From Bacteroidaceae bacterium (GTDB taxonomy: Bacteria > Bacillota_I > Bacilli_A > RFN20 > CAG-826): a stretch of DNA of 64,000 bases. The notes beneath the pieces were generated by a model. That model saw only the letters and a program-made list of their open reading frames with translations. It had not been told where the DNA came from and did not search any database. Below are positions 61,081-64,000 of this stretch, one piece after another (positions within the stretch are counted from its first letter, which is position 1; each line of letters begins with the position of its first letter). A program made the position numbers and the translations under genes. The stretch is taken from NCBI GenBank assembly GCA_963657885.1, contig CAVKNZ010000001.1, positions 55,203 through 119,202 on the forward strand, in the 5' to 3' direction.

Positions 61081-62436
61081 TTAAAAGTCGTCGTTATTAT
61101 GCTCTAAGGCAAAAGTTAGATAATGGGGAATAGTAATTATTCCGTTTTCTTCTCCGATGTTATATTCGCCTATTTTTATCAATTTCACTTTCCCATAATG
61201 ATCAGGATGTTTCATGATGGTTTTGCTCGATTTTGTATTTCCGGTTGTAGATTTAGCTTCAATTAGAGTTGCATAGCCATCATAAGATATAACAAAATCA
61301 ATTTCCAAACCGCTTTCTTTCGCGTAATAGTAAGCGTCAATATCTGCTTTATATAGCGAATCGAAAACTATAGCTTCATAGATTGCACCTTTGCCTTGAC
61401 CTAAATTGTTATTTAATATCGCTCTTATTGTATCTATTCCATACATCGATGTGACTATTCCTATGTCTGTTGGAAATAGTTTAAATTGTGACGTTATTGC
61501 TTCACCGAATAATGGTAGAGAAGGCACTTCAACGTTGTAGACTTTTTTAACAATATGAGCTTGTCTTAAATATTCGATTGCGTCATTTTTATCATATTGT
61601 TTGCCAGTTTGAATTTTGCTGACAATATATCTTTTATTTTCTTTAGCTAAAAAGACTGGCATTAAATCGAAAGCATTTTCGATTCTAGCCATCTCACTTT
61701 TGTTAAAAATAGGCTTACCATCCTTACTTTTTCTTCTTCCGAAATCTGTTTTCATTTCAAAAACGATATTGTTAAGGACTTTATAAGCCTCTTTTATGCT
61801 CTTTGTTTCTAAATATGTGGCAATTACTTTTGGGAAGCCACCTATTGAAGCGTATTTTAAAAATAATTCTTTATATAAATTGTGTATGTTAGGATCTATT
61901 TTTTCTCTATTAGCAAAACAATTTATTAGATATTCAATTTGCTTTTCATCATAGCCATTTGCCCAAAGAAATTCTTCGAAGTCCATTGTTTTCATCTCAT
62001 ATATATCTTCTGAACCTGTTGGCGCGGGGCTATTATCACCTTTTACGTAGCTGTTTATGCCTAAAAGCGATCCGCTGGCGATGACAGAATAACGGCCATC
62101 TTCTTTGAATGATTTCAAAGACAATCTCGCTTTTGGACAGTCTTGTATTTCATCGAAAAATATCAACGTTGTCTCTGGTTTTATATTAGAATGCGGAAAT
62201 CTCAATGAAATATTTGATATGAGATCGTCGACATCTAAACTTTTTTCAAAATCAGCGGAATATTCTGGGTGCGTCCAAAAATTTATCATTATTAGTTTGA
62301 GATTATTTCGCTTAGCGAATTCCTTAATGCTTTCAGTTTTTCCACATTGCCTAATGCCGACAATCAAAGCAGGTATTTTGTCTTTTTTCTTTAACCAAGC
62401 ATCTAACTGCCTGTCTATTTTTCTACGGTAATACAT
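61081..62436 (-). CDS. AAA_14 ATPase with C-terminal DUF4143 domain ('ATP-binding protein')
   Basis: 451 aa. Walker A ALIVGIRQCGKTES. Walker B TLIFFDEIQD. C-terminal DUF4143-like region (KLFPTDIGIVTSMYG). Confidence 0.7.
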   Translation of the reverse strand: MYYRRKIDRQLDAWLKKKDKIPALIVGIRQCGKTESIKEFAKRNNLKLIMINFWTHPEYSADFEKSLDVDDLISNISLRFPHSNIKPETTLIFFDEIQDCPKARLSLKSFKEDGRYSVIASGSLLGINSYVKGDNSPAPTGSEDIYEMKTMDFEEFLWANGYDEKQIEYLINCFANREKIDPNIHNLYKELFLKYASIGGFPKVIATYLETKSIKEAYKVLNNIVFEMKTDFGRRKSKDGKPIFNKSEMARIENAFDLMPVFLAKENKRYIVSKIQTGKQYDKNDAIEYLRQAHIVKKVYNVEVPSLPLFGEAITSQFKLFPTDIGIVTSMYGIDTIRAILNNNLGQGKGAIYEAIVFDSLYKADIDAYYYAKESGLEIDFVISYDGYATLIEAKSTTGNTKSSKTIMKHPDHYGKVKLIKIGEYNIGEENGIITIPHYLTFALEHNNDDF

Positions 62437-62490
62437 TTAGCGAACCCTTTCTGAAAGTATTAGTTTTCTACTTAAAATATAAGAAAAACG

Positions 62491-62607
62491 AAAGGACTTT
62501 TCAAGCAATTTGTAAGAAATTCCGAGGGACTTTTCAGCCTGTTTGTAAGAATTTCCGAGCGACTTTCGACCCACTTTGTAAGAAATTCCGAGGGACTTTT
62601 TACTCTG
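62491..62607. repeat. About 3.5 tandem copies of a 33-bp direct repeat in the promoter region of the 61081-62436 gene
   Basis: Full units at 62509-62541 (TTTGTAAGAAATTCCGAGGGACTTTTCAGCCTG), 62542-62574 (TTTGTAAGAATTTCCGAGCGACTTTCGACCCAC) and 62575-62607 (TTTGTAAGAAATTCCGAGGGACTTTTTACTCTG). Partial unit at 62491-62508. Contiguous, no spacers. Confidence 0.75.
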
Positions 62608-62634
62608 AATTTTAAGATAAAAGTTTTTTAACTT

Positions 62635-63873
62635 TTAAATACTTTTCACTGGTACAATTAGCACATTTTCTGACAATGCACTTAAAGATTCAGAGGTGCA
62701 GACAATGCATCCTCTTCCTAATTCACAATGGCTACATTCTAGTTCTTTGAAGCTTGAAACATCGTTTAACGTATGCGTATCTCCGTATTTAGCTTCAACT
62801 GCATATAGCTTTCCTTGTTTAATGAAAACTAAATCAATTTCATGTTGATAGTAGTCACGGTAATAGTAAAATTGGGTTTCATCGCCGGCGTTATCGTAAC
62901 TCTTTTTGATTTCGTTTATGACAAATGTTTCAAATAATCTTCCTTTTAGGAAACTACGTGCTAACGTTTGCTTAGAATCTATACCAAGAAGATAGCAAGC
63001 AACCCCGGTGTCAAAGAAGTAAACTTTTGGAGTTCTTACAACTCTTTTAGTCCAGGAATATTCATAGTAGGGATAAATTAGATGGATGATTCCAGTTTTT
63101 ATCATTATGGAAATCCAAGTTTTTATACTCGTTGAAGATATGCCAATTTGCTTGGCGAGATTATCATAGTTTAGCTCTTGGCCTGTTAATGAGGCTATAA
63201 GGACTAAGAGATTATAAAATTTTGTTTCATCTTTTAATTCGATTAACTCTCTTACATCTTTTTGCAAATATGTTGAAACATAAGATGAATAAAAAATAGA
63301 TCTTTTTAAACCTTCATCATCGAATAATTCAGGCAGTTGCCCTTTTAGGATTAAATCAAGGACATCGCTTTGACTAAAAGATAGATGTTCACTTCTTTGA
63401 TGTATTTTTATTGGATCTGGTAAAAATGGAATATTATCTCTAGAAAAAATTTCGCTCATTGATAAAGTCGACATTTCTAATAAAGCAGCTCTTCCAGCGA
63501 GCGACTCTTTAGCTCTTTCCAATAAATCTTTGCGGCTTGAGCCAGAAAGAATATACATTCCGTTCGCAGCTTTATTGCCTTCAAGTCGGCGTTTTTCATT
63601 TACGATAAATTCGATTTCTTCAAATAACTCTACTGCCTTTTGGATTTCATCGATAATTAATGGAGCAGGGTGATTTGCTAAAAATGATCTAGGATCGCTT
63701 TGAGCTAACAATCTATTAGAATAATCATCCAATGTAACATAACAGAAGCCTTGCTTTTCATATATTTCAGTCAACAACGTCGTTTTACCAACTTGTCTAG
63801 GTCCGGTTAAAATCACGCAAGGGAAGTGCTTTAGCGAATAATCAATTACTTCTTTTATATGCCTTTTTATCAT
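62635..63873 (-). CDS. AAA_14 ATPase with C-terminal DUF4143 domain ('ATP-binding protein'); intact paralogue of the frameshifted 58260-59497 copy
   Basis: 412 aa. Walker A CVILTGPRQVGKTTLL. Walker B LIIDEIQKAVE. DUF4143-like C-terminus with KVYFFDTGVACYLLGI. Confidence 0.75.
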   Translation of the reverse strand: MIKRHIKEVIDYSLKHFPCVILTGPRQVGKTTLLTEIYEKQGFCYVTLDDYSNRLLAQSDPRSFLANHPAPLIIDEIQKAVELFEEIEFIVNEKRRLEGNKAANGMYILSGSSRKDLLERAKESLAGRAALLEMSTLSMSEIFSRDNIPFLPDPIKIHQRSEHLSFSQSDVLDLILKGQLPELFDDEGLKRSIFYSSYVSTYLQKDVRELIELKDETKFYNLLVLIASLTGQELNYDNLAKQIGISSTSIKTWISIMIKTGIIHLIYPYYEYSWTKRVVRTPKVYFFDTGVACYLLGIDSKQTLARSFLKGRLFETFVINEIKKSYDNAGDETQFYYYRDYYQHEIDLVFIKQGKLYAVEAKYGDTHTLNDVSSFKELECSHCELGRGCIVCTSESLSALSENVLIVPVKSI

Positions 63874-63881
63874 TTTTCAAA

Positions 63882-63925
63882 CCTCAACTTCGGAATTTCC
63901 AAAGTTCAACTTCGGATTTTCATAA
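63882..63925. repeat. Two tandem copies of a 21-22-bp direct repeat (CAACTTCGGAWTTTC core) immediately upstream of the 62635-63873 gene
   Basis: TCAACTTCGGAATTTCCAAAG / TTCAACTTCGGATTTTCATAAG at 63882-63925. The window ends at 64000, so the array may be incomplete. Confidence 0.4.
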
Positions 63926-64000
63926 GTAGTATATTATTTTTTACCTTCAAAAGTGAAAAAATTCATCGCGATGTTAGTTAAAGACAGAGATGAATATTTC

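Noticed and set aside
62491-62607. Possible CRISPR array (33-bp repeats)
   Set aside because: The units are directly contiguous with no spacers, there are only 3.5 copies, and no cas genes occur in the window. It is a simple tandem repeat.
62608-62634. Terminator hairpin AAAAGTT-TTTT-AACTTTT after the 62635-63873 gene
   Set aside because: The stem is pure A/T (7 bp) and marginally stable. Not reported as a feature.

Overview
This 64-kb window reads as a chromosomal segment from a low-GC bacterium that uses the standard genetic code. Long conserved genes such as ligA, pcrA, gatA/B and glnA are intact with TGA as stop and Trp encoded by TGG, so it is not a UGA=Trp mycoplasma. The likeliest relatives are Firmicutes or the Acholeplasma/Erysipelotrichia branch. 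Several surface proteins are anchored by a C-terminal transmembrane helix followed by a basic tail, and lipoproteins carry L-x-x-C lipoboxes.

The housekeeping backbone is clear:
- ung
- a TPP riboswitch driving a ThiT-like thiamine transporter component
- tsaE-tsaB-rimI-tsaD
- a Na/Pi cotransporter and asnS
- pcrA-ligA-gatCAB-galE
- pgm, glnA and glyA

Accessory regions:
- Bases 149-3981: a Wzx-like flippase and two GT4 glycosyltransferases.
- Bases 26378-41765: a glycan-related surface locus. It holds a Big_2/VanZ protein, an XRE-HTH membrane protein with tandem CBM6/35-like modules, a circularly permuted membrane-anchored GH3, a surface protein, GT2, a cytoplasmic GH3, a membrane protein and glf.
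- Bases 43404-48016: a four-gene minus-strand operon. An ER/archaeal-type (SipW-like, Ser/His) signal peptidase sits among three secreted proteins that share a conserved N-terminal motif, IGSGF[AS]I[FW]VF. The arrangement resembles TapA-SipW-TasA.
- Bases 41789-64000: an island of paralogous 'ATP-binding protein' genes. It contains two AlbA_2/HATPase_c_4/wHTH proteins, one Arch_ATPase/DUF234 protein and three AAA_14/DUF4143 proteins, one of them frameshifted. Nearly every one has its own short tandem direct-repeat array in its promoter or flanks.

I found no rRNA, tRNA, CRISPR array, transposase or integrase. All domain assignments come from reading motifs in the translations; no database search was run.
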